The notes: generated from the sequence alone by a model not told the origin. Numbered from the stretch's first letter, positions 26,266 through 39,654 are shown. The stretch is DNA of 64,000 nt from Octopus vulgaris (GCA_951406725.2 OX597816.1:23498001-23562000); one strand, 5' to 3'. Translations and numbers: made by a program.

Positions 26266-26614
26266 CATACATACATACATACATACATACATACATACAT
26301 ACATACATACATACATACGTAAAAGCTATGCTATGCATCCATTTTACTATGAGAGTTGCTACGAAACAAAAATAAGAAATTTTCGAAACGGTGCACATAA
26401 AAAAGAAAGCATGTGCCCATCACAAAAAAAAAAAACATTAATCTTCCTTTTTTTTAAGTACGAGGTTTTCATGTCGGATGTATATATCTACCTCTCCATA
26501 CACTCTTTTGTTGCTAACTTACAAGAGTAACCACTAATATTTTATAGCTTCTGCAGAAAATATAACAAATGTATAAAAGCACACATCTTGCAGCTATACA
26601 TGTATACATATGTG

Positions 26615-26681
<67 letters not shown>

Positions 26682-26876
26682 GTATGCATACATACACAGA
26701 CACACAAACACACCCATATATGTATATGCGTACATATCTATTTACATATATATAAGTATTTATATATATATGCATGTGTACGTATGCATACATGTATATT
26801 TATGCATAAATAAATGTGGAAATATATATATATTGATGCATATATAAATATATATGTGTGTGTATGTGCATGTATT

Positions 26877-26933
<57 letters not shown>

Positions 26934-27113
26934 ATATGTATGTGCATATGTATACGTATATGTATATATGCGTATATCTACATAGGTATGTTTAAATCTA
27001 TATGTATATATAAATATATGTATATATATATATATACGTATATATAAATATGTAAGTATAGTAAGTATATGTTTACGTGTGTGTGTGTGTGTTAATATAT
27101 GTATATACACACA

Positions 27114-27165
<52 letters not shown>

Positions 27166-27726
27166 CACAAACTACATACTAGCATGCACATACAGAACAT
27201 ATTCTCTATTGTTTTTTTGCCATCAATGGAACCGAATTGACCGCACATGACCTAACACCTCATTTGTCACCGGATTTTCTCTGACATTTATTATGCGTTT
27301 CCCGGCGATGGGTTACATGGTTGACACATAGCGAGCGGCTCTTGTCTCTTAAAACTTAAGGGCAACAATAATCGCAGGTAAGCTTAAACTCCAGAAAGTG
27401 CTGCACATCACTGTCACTTTTTTTTAAGTGTTCCCATTTTGCACTAGAAATTATACAAGCGTATTGTGCCTGCTTAAAGTTATGTCTATCGGGTTGTTAG
27501 AACTTAAAAAGATTTGACTCATAAGCACATCCAAACACAGAAGATCTGTTATGGATGCATGTCAGTACTAACTTGCGTATATATGGATGAGTGAGTAGGT
27601 GTGTAGGTGGATTGAAATTCCTTATATGTTTATCTAACATATAAAACTCTGTAATTCCTCGTAGCTAATGAAACAGATCTAGTGGTAAATATATAATACC
27701 AATAAACTTCCCAGTTTCCTGTTTTG

Positions 27727-27784
<58 letters not shown>

Positions 27785-27787
<3 letters not shown>

Positions 27788-28183
27788 TGTGTTAAGTAGC
27801 TTGCTTACCAACCACATGGTTCCGGGTTTAGTCCCACTGCGTGGCACTTTGGGCAAGTGTCTTCTACTATAGCTTCAGGACGACCAAAGCCTTGTGAGTG
27901 GATTTGGTAGACGGAAACCGAAAGAAGCCCGTCGTATATATGTATTTTGTATATATGTATGTGTATGTATATGTTTGTGTGTCTGTTTTTCCCCCCGACA
28001 TCGCTTGACAACCGATGCTGGTGTGTCTACGTCCCCGTAACTTAGCGGTTCGGCAAAAGAGACCGATAGAATAAGTACTAGGCTTACAAAGAATAAGTCC
28101 TCGGGTTATTTGCTCGACTAAAGGCGTGACTCCAGCATGGCCACATTCAAATGACGTTTTACTGAAACAAGTAAAAGAGTAAA
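27785..28183 (+). mobile_element. SINE family A
   Basis: Match to the family A consensus. Confidence 0.92.
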
Positions 28184-28194
28184 ATATATATATA

Positions 28195-28410
28195 TAAACT
28201 TAGATAAACTTAGATATATTTCGACCAAGATTGGTCCAGGCCATGTCTAACTTAATAGCACCACCTTATAGGATTATCTAAATTCTTTTTAAATCACGTT
28301 TTGTTTATGGTCCATTCTAATAGCGAGTTCTTGTTGAGTGAGTTGTATCGAGGTATGGGTGGCTTATCCGGTATTCCTTGAAGAAATCTGTCCAAAGGCA
28401 AATGAAGATT
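28195..28410 (-). pseudogene. extreme 3' end of a CR1/L2-group LINE
   Basis: Minus translation LDRFLQGIPDKPPIPRYNSLNKNSLLEW, then GGTGGTGC..CATGGCC-hairpin-GAAA tail and (TCTAAGTTTA) repeats; tail alone recurs at 46270-46341. Confidence 0.7.
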
Positions 28411-28522
28411 GAATGTACGAGAATTCATACCTAACGATTACTGTGAAAGTTACCTTGTTTTACCAGTAAGCTACCAGGTCTAAACCATTCCTTTTATTAT
28501 CCATTATATACATGTATGTATG

Positions 28523-28581
<59 letters not shown>

Positions 28582-28586
<5 letters not shown>

Positions 28587-29086
28587 TCGGAAAAGGATGC
28601 GTGGAGTTCGATCAAATGATAATATAAATAATATATAAATATATGCATATATACATACATATATGTACATACCTACATATATATGTATATATACATTCAT
28701 ATATGGGTATAGGACGTCAAAAAGAACGTGGAACACAATGAGAAACGAAAACATAAAAACAAAATCATGGAAACGAACTATTTTTCAAACAACAAAAAAA
28801 CAGAGTACAAGACATACAGCACAAGGAATATTCCCCTTCTTCAATTGTCCCTCTTTCATCTACTCAGCGTTACGAAGGTAAGGACAAACGTGGAGGAGAT
28901 GAAACAGGCTCAACTGAAGAAGGGGAATATTCTTTGCGTTGTATGTCTTGTAGTCTGTTTTTTTTTGTTGCTTGAAAAAAGTTTGTTTCTATGTTTTGTT
29001 TTTATGTTTTCGTTTCTCATTGCGTTCAACGTCTTTTTGATGTCCTGTACCCATATATGCATGTATATATACATATATGTAGGTAT
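28582..29086. mobile_element. fold-back element (family E) in TA-rich sequence
   Basis: 28668-28862 inverted with 28897-29086; same family as 29700-30170. Confidence 0.7.
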
Positions 29087-29699
29087 ATATTTTGGCAGTA
29101 TTCTGGCAATATTTTGAATGATGTGTTCATGTTGATTGAGTGGTTAGCTAGTATATAAAAAATACTGCTTGGATCTACCTGGGATTATACCTAAGGGCCT
29201 ATACCTTCACGAAAGTACGGACCAACATACCTTCTGGAAAAAGATGAACTGTGAACCTTTTTGTCCTGTCTGTGTACTTCTATCTATTCTTACTCTTTAT
29301 TCCTCTATTTTTATTCCTTGTAAACTGTGGATTTCCCTCTCTAGAACGTTGATACATACTCAACTTTTCACTCATAGAGGAATAACCAGTATACGGACAT
29401 ACTAGTCTATCACTTGCTGTATACCAGAAACAGCTGTAAGACTTCAAATTCACTTTACCCTAATTAAATTATTATAAACGAATTGAGATAATCGTCCTGA
29501 CTTGGTTTTTGTTGTCCTTTTCCTCAAGTATATACCCGTTAACACGGTAGTCTAATACGCATCCCTAGCTCCAGCTTCAGCTGTGAAGTTGGAAATTAAC
29601 GGATGACCAATTATAGCATTTACTCAGCGAAGCTATTCGTTTAGATCACCAGTGAATTAAACCCCTTATATTCATTATATATATATAATATAATATAAT

Positions 29700-30170
29700 A
29701 TAATATAATATAAATAATATATAGATATATGCATATATACATACATATATGTACATACCTACATATATATGTATATATACATGCATATATTGGGTACAGG
29801 ACATCATAAAAACGTTGAACACAATGAGAAACGAAAACATAAAAACAAAAAACATAGAAAACGAACTTTTTTTCCGAAAAACAAAAAGAAAACAAACAGA
29901 GAATCGAGACATGCAACATAAAGAATATTCCCCTCTTTTCTCTGTTTCTTTCGTTGTTGGAAAAAAAAAGTTCGTTTTCTATGTTTTTGTTTTTATGTTT
30001 TCGTTTTTCATGGTGTTCAACGTTTTTTTGTTTATGTCCTGTACTCATATATGCATGTATATATACATATATATGTAGGTATGTACATATATGTATGTAT
30101 ATATGCATAGATCTATATATTATTTATATTATTATATGATCGAACGCCAAGCATTCTTTTCCGAAGTAAG
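29700..30170. mobile_element. fold-back element (family E)
   Basis: 29700-29915 inverted with 29940-30135; homologous to 28582-29086. Confidence 0.7.
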
Positions 30171-30177
30171 TTTTATC

Positions 30178-30212
<35 letters not shown>

Positions 30213-30214
<2 letters not shown>

Positions 30215-30428
30215 TTTTATTCTTTTACTTGTTTCAGTCATTTGACTGTAGCCATGCTGGAGCACCGCCTTTAGTCGAGCAAATCGACCCCAGGACTTAT
30301 TCTTTGTAAGCCTAATACTTATTCTATCGGTTCCTTTTGCCGAACCGCTAGGTTACGGGGACGTAAAGACACCAGCATCTCTTGTCAAGCGATGTTGGGG
30401 GGACAAACACAGACACACAAACATATAC

Positions 30429-30463
<35 letters not shown>

Positions 30464-30632
30464 AATAAATATATACGACGGGCTTCTTTCAGCTTCCTAT
30501 TACCAAATCTACTCACAAGGCTTTGGTCGGCCCGAGCCTATAGTAGAAGACACTTGCCCAAGATGCCACGCAGTGGGACTGAACCCAGAAACATGTGGTT
30601 CGTAAGCAAGCTACTAACCACACAGCCGCTCC
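30213..30632 (-). mobile_element. SINE family A
   Basis: Reverse complement of the consensus. Confidence 0.92.
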
Positions 30633-30822
30633 TTTGCCCATGTATATATATGTATATATATATATATATATATAACAAAACTCTCCAACGAACGGGAACG
30701 TGAAACTCCGAGTAACAGCTTTTGTTATATTTCTGCTGCTTTTAAATATAGCATATTACTCTACCTCTGGTATTTGAGTACTCTTTTTTCCACCTTGCTT
30801 CACATTTATGTACTTATTCCGG

Positions 30823-30868
<46 letters not shown>

Positions 30869-31311
30869 CACACACACATACATACATAAATACATTCGTA
30901 CGTACATACATACATACATACATACATACATACATACATACATACATACATACATACATGCAAATACGCTCGCGCACTCGTTGTATCCATCTATTTACAT
31001 ATGACGCTTTGGCAGTATCGCAATAAAACAGCACGAGCAAACTTTTAAGCTCACGAACATTTTACTACGACGGAGCCGCATATTTGAATTTACATTCCAA
31101 ACAGCATTGTTCGAAGAAAAACTACATTATCTCACGATGCGTTCATAAAACAATCTGCTCATCTTATAAAACTATTAATCTTCTTTAAGTACGAGATTTT
31201 CATGTGAGATTTTTTATGCCTCTTCATGCACTCCTTTTGTTGCAAACTTACAATAAAAATCCTTACTATTTTATAGTTTCTGTTGATACCATAAAAGACA
31301 CACATACAAGT

Positions 31312-31369
<58 letters not shown>

Positions 31370-31876
31370 TTACTCACACACACACATACACACATATATA
31401 TATATATAAATATGCTTACATATATGTGTATATGATTGCGTGTATGTATACACATAAACATTCATATCTACACATAACTATATATATTAAAACTATACAT
31501 ATATTTCTACATGTGTATCCTCATTTTTACGCACATATTTAAATGTATGTAGAAATTTAGTAGTAGTTTCGACGAACTACATACACATAAACATGTGTGT
31601 GTTTGTGTGTACATACACAGATGTAGCATATATAATATACATATATATATACACACACATATAAATATATGTATACATACATATCTTGTATGTACACCTA
31701 TATGTGTGTATATATATATGTACATATATGTATATATATACATATATATACATACATATATATATATATATACATACATACATGCAAAAATATATGTATA
31801 TATGTGTGTGTGTGTGTGTGTGCATGTGTGTATGCGTGTATATATATATATATATATATACATTATTATATATATG

Positions 31877-31916
<40 letters not shown>

Positions 31917-31962
31917 CAATATATATATATATATGTATGTATATATATATATATATATAATC

Positions 31963-32013
<51 letters not shown>

Positions 32014-32048
32014 CAATTATGTGTATATATATATGTATATATATATAT

Positions 32049-32106
<58 letters not shown>

Positions 32107-32418
32107 GTTTGTATGTATATAAAATATATGACGTGTTCATTTTCATCTTTTCCCGTCAATTGCCTTTGGCAAACGTGACCTAACACCTCTTTTGTCGTTG
32201 GATTTTCTCAAACATTATATTTGTGTATGTTTCCAGGCGAAATATATTTCGTGTCTAACTCGTAGCCATCCTTTATGTCTTCAGTTCGAGCAAACGCACG
32301 AAGAGAGTTAAAATTCAACGAAGTGCTGCCAAACAATACAACGTCTTTATATGATCCAGTGTTGAAACTGCATGTTGAACGAGAACAGTACGGACGGCCA
32401 CATGGGACCCGAATATAT

Positions 32419-32650
32419 ATTTCTTTACTACCCATAAGGGGCTAAACATAGAGGGGACAAACAAGGACAGACAAAGGGATTAAGTCGATTACATCGACCC
32501 CAGTGGGTAACTGGTACTTAATTTATCGACCCCGAAAGGATGAAAGGCAAAGTCGACCTCGGCGGAATTTGAACTCACAACGTAACGACAGAAGAAATAC
32601 CGCTAAGCATTTCGCCAGGCGCGCTAACGTTTCTGCCAGCTCGCCGCCTT
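32419..32650 (-). mobile_element. SINE family B, full length
   Basis: Reverse complement of the consensus. Confidence 0.92.
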
Positions 32651-32820
32651 ATATATATATATATATACGGATCAGGTCGGTATTGGGATTTCAGATTACC
32701 TCCCATTATTCATTTTACTTTCAGGTAACTTGAACTCGATTTCAGGTAAGCGCCCTCAAATCTAAGCTTATCGCAATAGTAGCTAAAACAGAAATTAATA
32801 ATAATAATATATCATTATTA

Positions 32821-33040
32821 AGGCGGTGAGCTGGCAGAAACGTTAGCACGCCGAGCGAAATGCGTAGCCCTATTTCGTCTGCCGTTACGTTCTGAGTTCA
32901 AATTCCGCCGAGGTCGACTTTGCCTTTCATCCTTTCTGGGTCGATAAATTAAGTACCAGGTGCGTACTGGAGTCGATCTAATCGACTGCCCGGTCCCCAA
33001 AAATTGCTGCCCTTGTGGCTTGTGACAAAATTTGAAACAA
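32821..33040 (+). mobile_element. SINE family B
   Basis: aggcggtgagctggcagaaacgttagc..gagttcaaattccgccgagg. Confidence 0.92.
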
Positions 33041-33428
33041 GGAGTGGCTATGTGGTAAGTAGCTTGCTTACCAACCACATGGTTCAGGGTTCAGTCTCAC
33101 TGCGTGGCACTTTGGGCAAGTGTCTTCTACTATAGCCTCGGGCCGACCAAAGTCTTGTGAGTGGATTTGGTAGATGGAAACTGAAAGACGCCCGTGGTAT
33201 ATATGTATATACATATGAGTGTTTGTATGTTTGTGTGTCTGTGTTTGACCCCCTAGCATTGCTTGACAACCGATGCTGGTGCGTGTATGTCCCCATCACT
33301 TAGCGGTTCGGCAAAAGAGTCCGATAAAATAAGTACTAGGCTTACAAAGAATAAGTCCCGGGGTCGATTTGCTCGACTAAAGGCGGTGCTCCAGCATGGC
33401 CGCAGTCAAATGACTGAAACAAGTAAAA
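33041..33428 (+). mobile_element. SINE family A
   Basis: Match to the consensus. Confidence 0.92.
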
Positions 33429-33444
33429 ACAGAGTATTATTGAA

Positions 33445-33840
33445 AAGCTGGTAGAATCGTTAGTACGATGGACGCAATGGTTAGAAGCATTTCATATGTC
33501 GCTACGTTCTGAGTTCAAATTTCGCCGAGGTCGACTTTGCCTTTCATCCTTTCACGCTCGACGAAATAAGTATCAGTCAAGTGCTGGGGTCGATGTAATC
33601 GACTAGTCCCCTCCCCCAAATTTCAGGCCTTGTACCTGTAGTAGAAAGGATCATTTATTACCATTATTACATAAGGCGGCGAAATAGCAGAACCATTAGT
33701 ACCTCGAGCAACATGCCTAGTGTCATTTTTCGACCATCTTTACGTTCTTAGCTCACATTCCGCTGAGGTTGACTTAACTTTTCATTCTTTCGGAGTAGAT
33801 AAAATAAGTTCCGGTTGATTTCTGTGGTCGATGTATTTTA
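33445..33840 (+). mobile_element. two older SINE family B copies
   Basis: 33445-33650 and 33673-33840 match family B with divergence. Confidence 0.82.
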
Positions 33841-34555
33841 CTATAACTTCAGAAAAGTTGGAGAGTTTCGCTGAAGGAAGATAAGAGGCCGGATCATGAA
33901 TATGTGTGTTTTATGTGTGTATTTACGTTATTAACATATGCGTTTACATAAAACAGTATATAGTTTGCATTTAATATGTATAAATTTATTTCATTTTGTA
34001 TATAAATACCTGTCATTCATATTTGAAGTATATTGATATATTTTGTTTTGTATAATAAATCTATTTCGTTTGCATTTGAAGTGTATGTCAATGAATCTAA
34101 ATTAGTTTCTTATTTATAAAAAAATTACCAATGATTTTCTTTTAAAATTTGCAGACTCAGAGTCTCTGATGTTCAAAGTATTTCTATTTTAAAATACATC
34201 ATAAAAATGACAGGGAATGTTCAAAAGCCCAATATCTTTTGCCATTTTCATAATTTAAGATCTGTATCGTGAGTTGTAAGCGTTTCAATTCATTATTTTA
34301 GCAAGAGGATAATGTGAACAATGCAGGAGTAATTTGAAATCGGCTTCTGGGTACTTCAGGGTACTCCCGGAGGTAATTCGAAATTGATTTCAGATTACCG
34401 TAAGGTAGTTTGAGAAGGAGGTGGGTAACTTTAAGTTTTTACACTGTTGGAACTTAAAGCTAGTTTACCCGAACACCTCCTCGACAGGAATATGACGAAT
34501 TCAGGTCCGTTGACATGTGCTTAGATAAATACATATTTTTATATATACTTATATA

Positions 34556-34963
34556 GGCGCAGGAGTGGCTGTGTGGTAAGTAGCTTGTTTACCAACCACA
34601 TGGTTCCGGGTTCAGTCCCACTGCGTGGCACCTTGGGCAAGTGCGTTCTACTATAGCCTCGGGCCGACCAAAGCCTTGTGAGTGGATTTGGTAGACGGAA
34701 ACTGAAAAGAAGCCCGTCGTATATATGTATATATATATGCATGTGTGTGTTTGTGTGTCTGTGTTTGTCCCCCTAGCATTGCTTGACAACCGATGCTGGT
34801 GTGTTTATGTCCCCGTTACTTAGCGGTTCGGCAAAAGAGACCAATAGAATAAGTACTGGGCTTACAAAAGAATAAGTCCCGGGGTCGAGTTGCTCGATTA
34901 AAGGCGGTGCTCCAGCATGGCCGCAGTCAAATGACTGAAACGAGTAAAAGAGAGTAAAAGAGT
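34556..34963 (+). mobile_element. SINE family A, full-length reference-like copy
   Basis: A box TGGCTGTGTGG, B box GGTTCAGTCCC, body GTGGCACCTTGGGCAAGT, internal microsatellite, LINE-like tail with (GAGTAAAA) repeats, TA flanks. Confidence 0.95.
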
Positions 34964-35186
34964 ATATATGCTGTTGTTTGTTCCTCCTCGAGCCATGCCT
35001 GGTTCATGGGGCCGGTCTCCCAGTTTCTTTGGCGTATAGGCAAAAACAACAATCTCGATGTTAACCTATTTTAAGATCAAGAAGTGAGGTTGAGGTCAAC
35101 AGCACATACCTATAAATAAGAACACCCCAGTTTCCCGCGAAACGCTAACAAAACTTTTAACCAATCAGTTCCCTTCGAGGACGACC

Positions 35187-35290
35187 ACATGGACGGACAC
35201 TGATGAAGCTGCACCGACAATATTGCAAAGTTGCATGTGCAACAGTGAGTAGTCGCTGCAGTGGAAACATATGTAGGTCAAACGTGCTAT
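35187..35290 (+). ncRNA. type I hammerhead ribozyme motif with extended stem II
   Basis: CATG-gacg-GAC-a-CTGATGA-a-GCTGCA-c-CGAC..GTCG-c-TGCAGT-g-GAAA-CATATG-TA-g-GTC-aaa-CGTG; followed by AATAAA and (TA)n. Confidence 0.72.
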
Positions 35291-35340
35291 ATATAATTAT
35301 ATAATAAATTCTGCGGATGTACAAGTTTCCATACTCTTTG

Positions 35341-35404
<64 letters not shown>

Positions 35405-36299
35405 ATGTATGTGCATAGACAGAGTTATACATACATACACACATACACACATACACACACATAGATATTTATACATGCATGTGGTCGGTTGAGCTGAAAA
35501 TATGCACACCTACGTTAAAAGTGCTGGCGACTTTGCATGGCAACTATTTTTTTCTCAAATAAAAGGCGTGACCTCTAGGACAAAATTCCTCATCTTATAA
35601 AATGTGGCCCGGGTAGACCCGAATGAAATCGAGTTATATTAACCAAAATGTGAAAAGAGGTCTAAATGGGGCTGGAAGGGGATTAAAATTTACAGGAGCG
35701 GGTGTTTAGGAATTCTCTGTTACATCAAGCTAATAAATCGTTACATCAAGCCTTTAAATCGTCAATGTGTTGTCGTCCATGATGAATAAGTTTTGAATGC
35801 TTGCCATGGTGAGTCTAGTGTCGTGAGAAAGAATTACTTCAAAACTTGGTGTTTAGGAATCAAGTTCAAAATTTGAAACTGCTACTACGTTGCTGTCCGT
35901 CGTTAAGAAATGCCAGCCATGGTGAGCCTACTATCCTCAGATTCTATCCCTTCAAACTTTGGTTTCCAATATTTTTTTTTTTTATTCAGCTCGCAAGTTC
36001 GTCTGTCCCTTTTAAATGTTATTGTTTTGCTGTCTGCCTTGAAGCAGACCTTTCAGTTGTCACTGCCTGATATTTATGATTGATCTTTCAAAATATATTC
36101 TTTCTCAACTTATTCAGGATCTTTTGTTGTTTATAAATGGGAGAGAGATAGATAGAGAAAGATAGAGAGTAAGAGAAAACGAGGGAGAGTCCGAGAGAAA
36201 TGAAGAGTAAGAGAGTGGGGAAGTCTAAGAGAGAAACAAAGAGAGAGAATGTGGTGATAAAAAACGGAAAGGAAGCAACAGAAAGTAACAACCAGACCC

Positions 36300-36334
36300 T
36301 TACCCGCGCGTATAGCGGGTCACCTTAAGCTAGT
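36300..36334 (+). mobile_element. Helitron-type 3' terminus (5' end not located)
   Basis: Hairpin ACCCGC-GCGTATA-GCGGGT, 9 nt, CTAG|T. Confidence 0.5.
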
Positions 36335-36594
36335 AATATTAATATTTTCGTGTGTGTATGTGTGTGTAAATGTTATCCATCACTTGGCTCACACACACTC
36401 GACTTAAAGAAACTTCTCTATGTTTCCGTCGCATGTTCGAGACACTCTTCGTTTCTTTCGTTCTTTTTTTCTTTTACGTATCCACTATCACACGGCAATT
36501 TAATCTCTATCATCCAGAAATATAACAATATCTGTTTCAACACACGATCTCACATCTTGCAAAACAAATTCATAAACGTATGTATATATATATG

Positions 36595-36668
<74 letters not shown>

Positions 36669-36671
36669 ACC

Positions 36672-36812
36672 TATAAACAAGGGCAAAAGAAAAAAAGAAA
36701 AAAAATTATTTTCCTTTTTTTTTTTGCCCTTTTTTATAAATTTAACCTTTAAAGGTGTTTTTAAGATATGCTGGCCATTGATAGAATGTTTTCGAAAGAT
36801 TTTATCCTATAT
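36672..36812. mobile_element. family A tail fragment without HHR, in (TA)n
   Basis: Reverse complement of 525-630; short internal inverted repeat aagggcaaaa/ttttgccctt. Confidence 0.65.
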
Positions 36813-37037
36813 TATATATATATATATATATAAGGTTTAAAATAATGGTTATTACATATTTTTTTCTATATTCGAGCAAACAGATAAACACACACACACA
36901 TAGATAGACAGCCGACAGCTGATGAAGGGTCGTTCTCTGTGTTTGCTTGTCCTGTTCTCCATTTTTTTCTCTCGCTGTTTGCGTATTTAACACGTCTGTT
37001 TTCGTACTGTATGCTGTTTATACAGTTGGTGACGTCC

Positions 37038-37068
<31 letters not shown>

Positions 37069-37074
37069 TTTATT

Positions 37075-37272
37075 AGGGAAAGTTTACAAAAAAACCAAAA
37101 GACGAAGACAGGTGGTGTACAAAACAAACTGATGTATTAGAATAACGCTCAAGAATAGAAAAAGTCTTTTACGTTTCGAGCCTACGCTCTTCTACAGAAA
37201 GGTACACAGAAAAAACAAGGAGAGAAACAAGGAGAGAAGAAAAAGTGTTTTGTGGCTAACGATCTATCATGG
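37075..37272 (-). mobile_element. family F element with minimal HHR at 37166-37201
   Basis: Minus strand CTTT-CTGTAGA-A-GAGC-GTAG-GCTC-GAAA-CG-TA-AAAG; homologous to 44577-44752 and 53992-54165. Confidence 0.7.
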
Positions 37273-37375
37273 CGTCTGACTCGGACAGAATGGTCAGACG
37301 AGAGAAGGAAAGTAGGGGAGATAACAAGGTAAAGATGACCCCCAACACAAAGGTGCCTGTGAAGCATTGTGTAGA

Positions 37376-37647
37376 ATATATTGTATAAAAGATCGTGGGT
37401 AAGGCCAAAACAATGCAAAGTAAATGCAAGGTAAATCACAAGAAAACAAATATATGAACAAATATATAGACTCATCCTGTATTCAATATTTCGGGGTTAT
37501 CACCCCATTTCTTGAAAATGGTGTCATAATCCTGAAATATTGAATACAAGGGAAGTCTACATTAATTCATATATTTATTTTCTTGTGATTTACCTTGCAT
37601 TTACTTTGCATTGTGTTGGCCTTACCCACGATATTTTATACAATATA
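37376..37647. mobile_element. ~130-bp-arm fold-back with HHR 3' half (family G)
   Basis: Arms meet near 37512; each reads outward GG(G/T)G..ATAA..CC(C/T)-GAAA-TA-TT-GAATAC. Confidence 0.6.
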
Positions 37648-37849
37648 AAGAAACAATCAATATCAGAGACTTAATTTATTAAGCAAAGTTTAATAAATTT
37701 CATCGAATAATTAAAGGAAACAGATTGGGTGTTAAAAAATTCGTAAATAACGTATGAGGAAGAGACTTTAGAGATCTATGGAAAAAATTCTTATTAAAGG
37801 ACGAAAATAAATTCATCCGGATAAATATGATATAATATAATATAATATA

Positions 37850-37906
<57 letters not shown>

Positions 37907-38260
37907 CTATTACCATCACATATGTATCAGTTATTTTCGCATCCTAACCGATGTACCTGTCGATTTTCGCATTCTGAATAGATTTAATAAAACTAGTAAA
38001 TCGAATCGATCGTAAATGTTACCTTCATCTTTGCTTCCTTCTTTGTTTTCTAATTAAATTAAAGGCATACCAGCGAAAACGACGAGTCTCCCCTTGTTAT
38101 CACATCCATTTTCTTCTATATAACCTAAACTACTGTCTACCAAACGAACCACCTGCTACCGTACAACCTTACAAAAGACTGTACCTACCCAGGTAATAAT
38201 CAGGAGCGAATTTGGATTTAATTATCCCTTAGAGGTATTAAACTCCTCTAACTGATACTT

Positions 38261-38309
<49 letters not shown>

Positions 38310-38383
38310 ACGCAAATATATTGACGCAAATATATATATTTTTTAACATTTAAGCCTTCCGTCGTTTTTTCACTCTTTTTACT

Positions 38384-38430
<47 letters not shown>

Positions 38431-38497
38431 CACACGCACACGCACACAGAATTTATACAAATCAACCGGCGAGGAGTGGTATAATATTTATCAACGT

Positions 38498-39060
38498 AAG
38501 GCGGTGGGTGAGCTGGCAGCAACGTTAGCACGACGGGCGAAATGCTTAGTGGTAATTCGTCTGCCGTTACGTTGTGAGTTGAAATTCCGCCGAGGTCGAC
38601 TTTACCTTTCATCCTTTCGAGGTCGATAAATTAAGTACCAGTTACGCACTGGGGTCGATGTAATCGACTTAATACCTATGTCTGTCCTTGTTTGTTCCCT
38701 CTATGTTTAGCCCCTTGTAGATAATAAAGAAATATGTATTTCATCTTTACGTTCTGAGCTCAAATTCCGCTGAGGTCGACTTTGCCTTTCATCATTTCGG
38801 GGTCGATAAATTGAGTACCAGTTACGCACTGCGGTCGATATAATGGATTTAATCCGTCTGTTTGTCCTTGTTTGTCTCCTCTGTGTTTAGCCCCTAATGG
38901 GTAGTAAAGAAATAGGGATTTCATCTGTTTTTACCTTCTGAACTCAAATTACGCCTTTCATCCTTTCAGGGTCGATAAATTAAGTACCAGTTTCGTACTG
39001 AGGTTGATCTAATCGACTGGCCCCCTTCTCCAAAATTTCGGGTGTTGTGCTTAGTGTAAA
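38498..39060 (+). mobile_element. SINE family B with tandemly reiterated body
   Basis: One head, then the B-box-to-tail module three times. Confidence 0.9.
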
Positions 39061-39654
39061 AATAATAATAATAATAATAATATTTATCAACATTGAAACA
39101 ATGAAATTAAAGTTAGTGTCGGCGGGATTTGAACAGAGGAAGCATGGACTCCACTCTCGTTTCACGAGGCATTCTATACAACGTTCTTACGATTCTGCTA
39201 ATTCAAAACCTTAACAATAATATAAGCAGTATTTACAAAACAGCACATTTTATACAAATTGATGATTTGTGCATTTTTGTTTGTAAATGAAAATTTACAA
39301 TGATGAATCAGTTTTAAATGGTTAAAATTCAATACAATATAGAATTTCTCCGAATAAATAATTCAACGGTTTTAATTTCATACCTTACCCCGCCGCTTCT
39401 TTTATCAACGTCCTCCCTAAGTTTTCTTCTTTACTCTCGGCCATTAAACATTCGCGTTCGTGATAAGTGTTCTCAGAAGCTCTCAAAGGCTTTGAAGAAT
39501 TTATAAGATTAATAAAACACATTCGTAATCTTTTTTCTGTAAATAAATATTAAATTTCATTCTATGTATAGATTTCTTTACATAGATTGTGATTTCCCTT
39601 GTTAATACAAACAACATATCATGATTATTGTCAACATCATCATCATCATTAATA

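Noticed and set aside
28200-28250. Apparent HHR scaffold TTAGA..GACCA/TGGTC-GAAA-TA-TA-TCTAA with a replaced core (also 46275-46325)
   Set aside because: It follows a LINE C-terminus and matches the CATGGCC-hairpin-GAAA 3' tail shared by LINEs and SINE A; there is no CUGANGA.
32668-34512. Possible DNA transposon ends (ACGGATCAG.. / ..CAGGTCCGT, shared GATTTCAGATTACC)
   Set aside because: Terminal match too short and no transposase remnant seen.
38065-38192. Candidate plus-strand exon (AG..GT, one open frame IPAKTTSLPCYH..)
   Set aside because: Only generic splice-like words; no recognisable protein and no partner exons. Needs RNA-seq.
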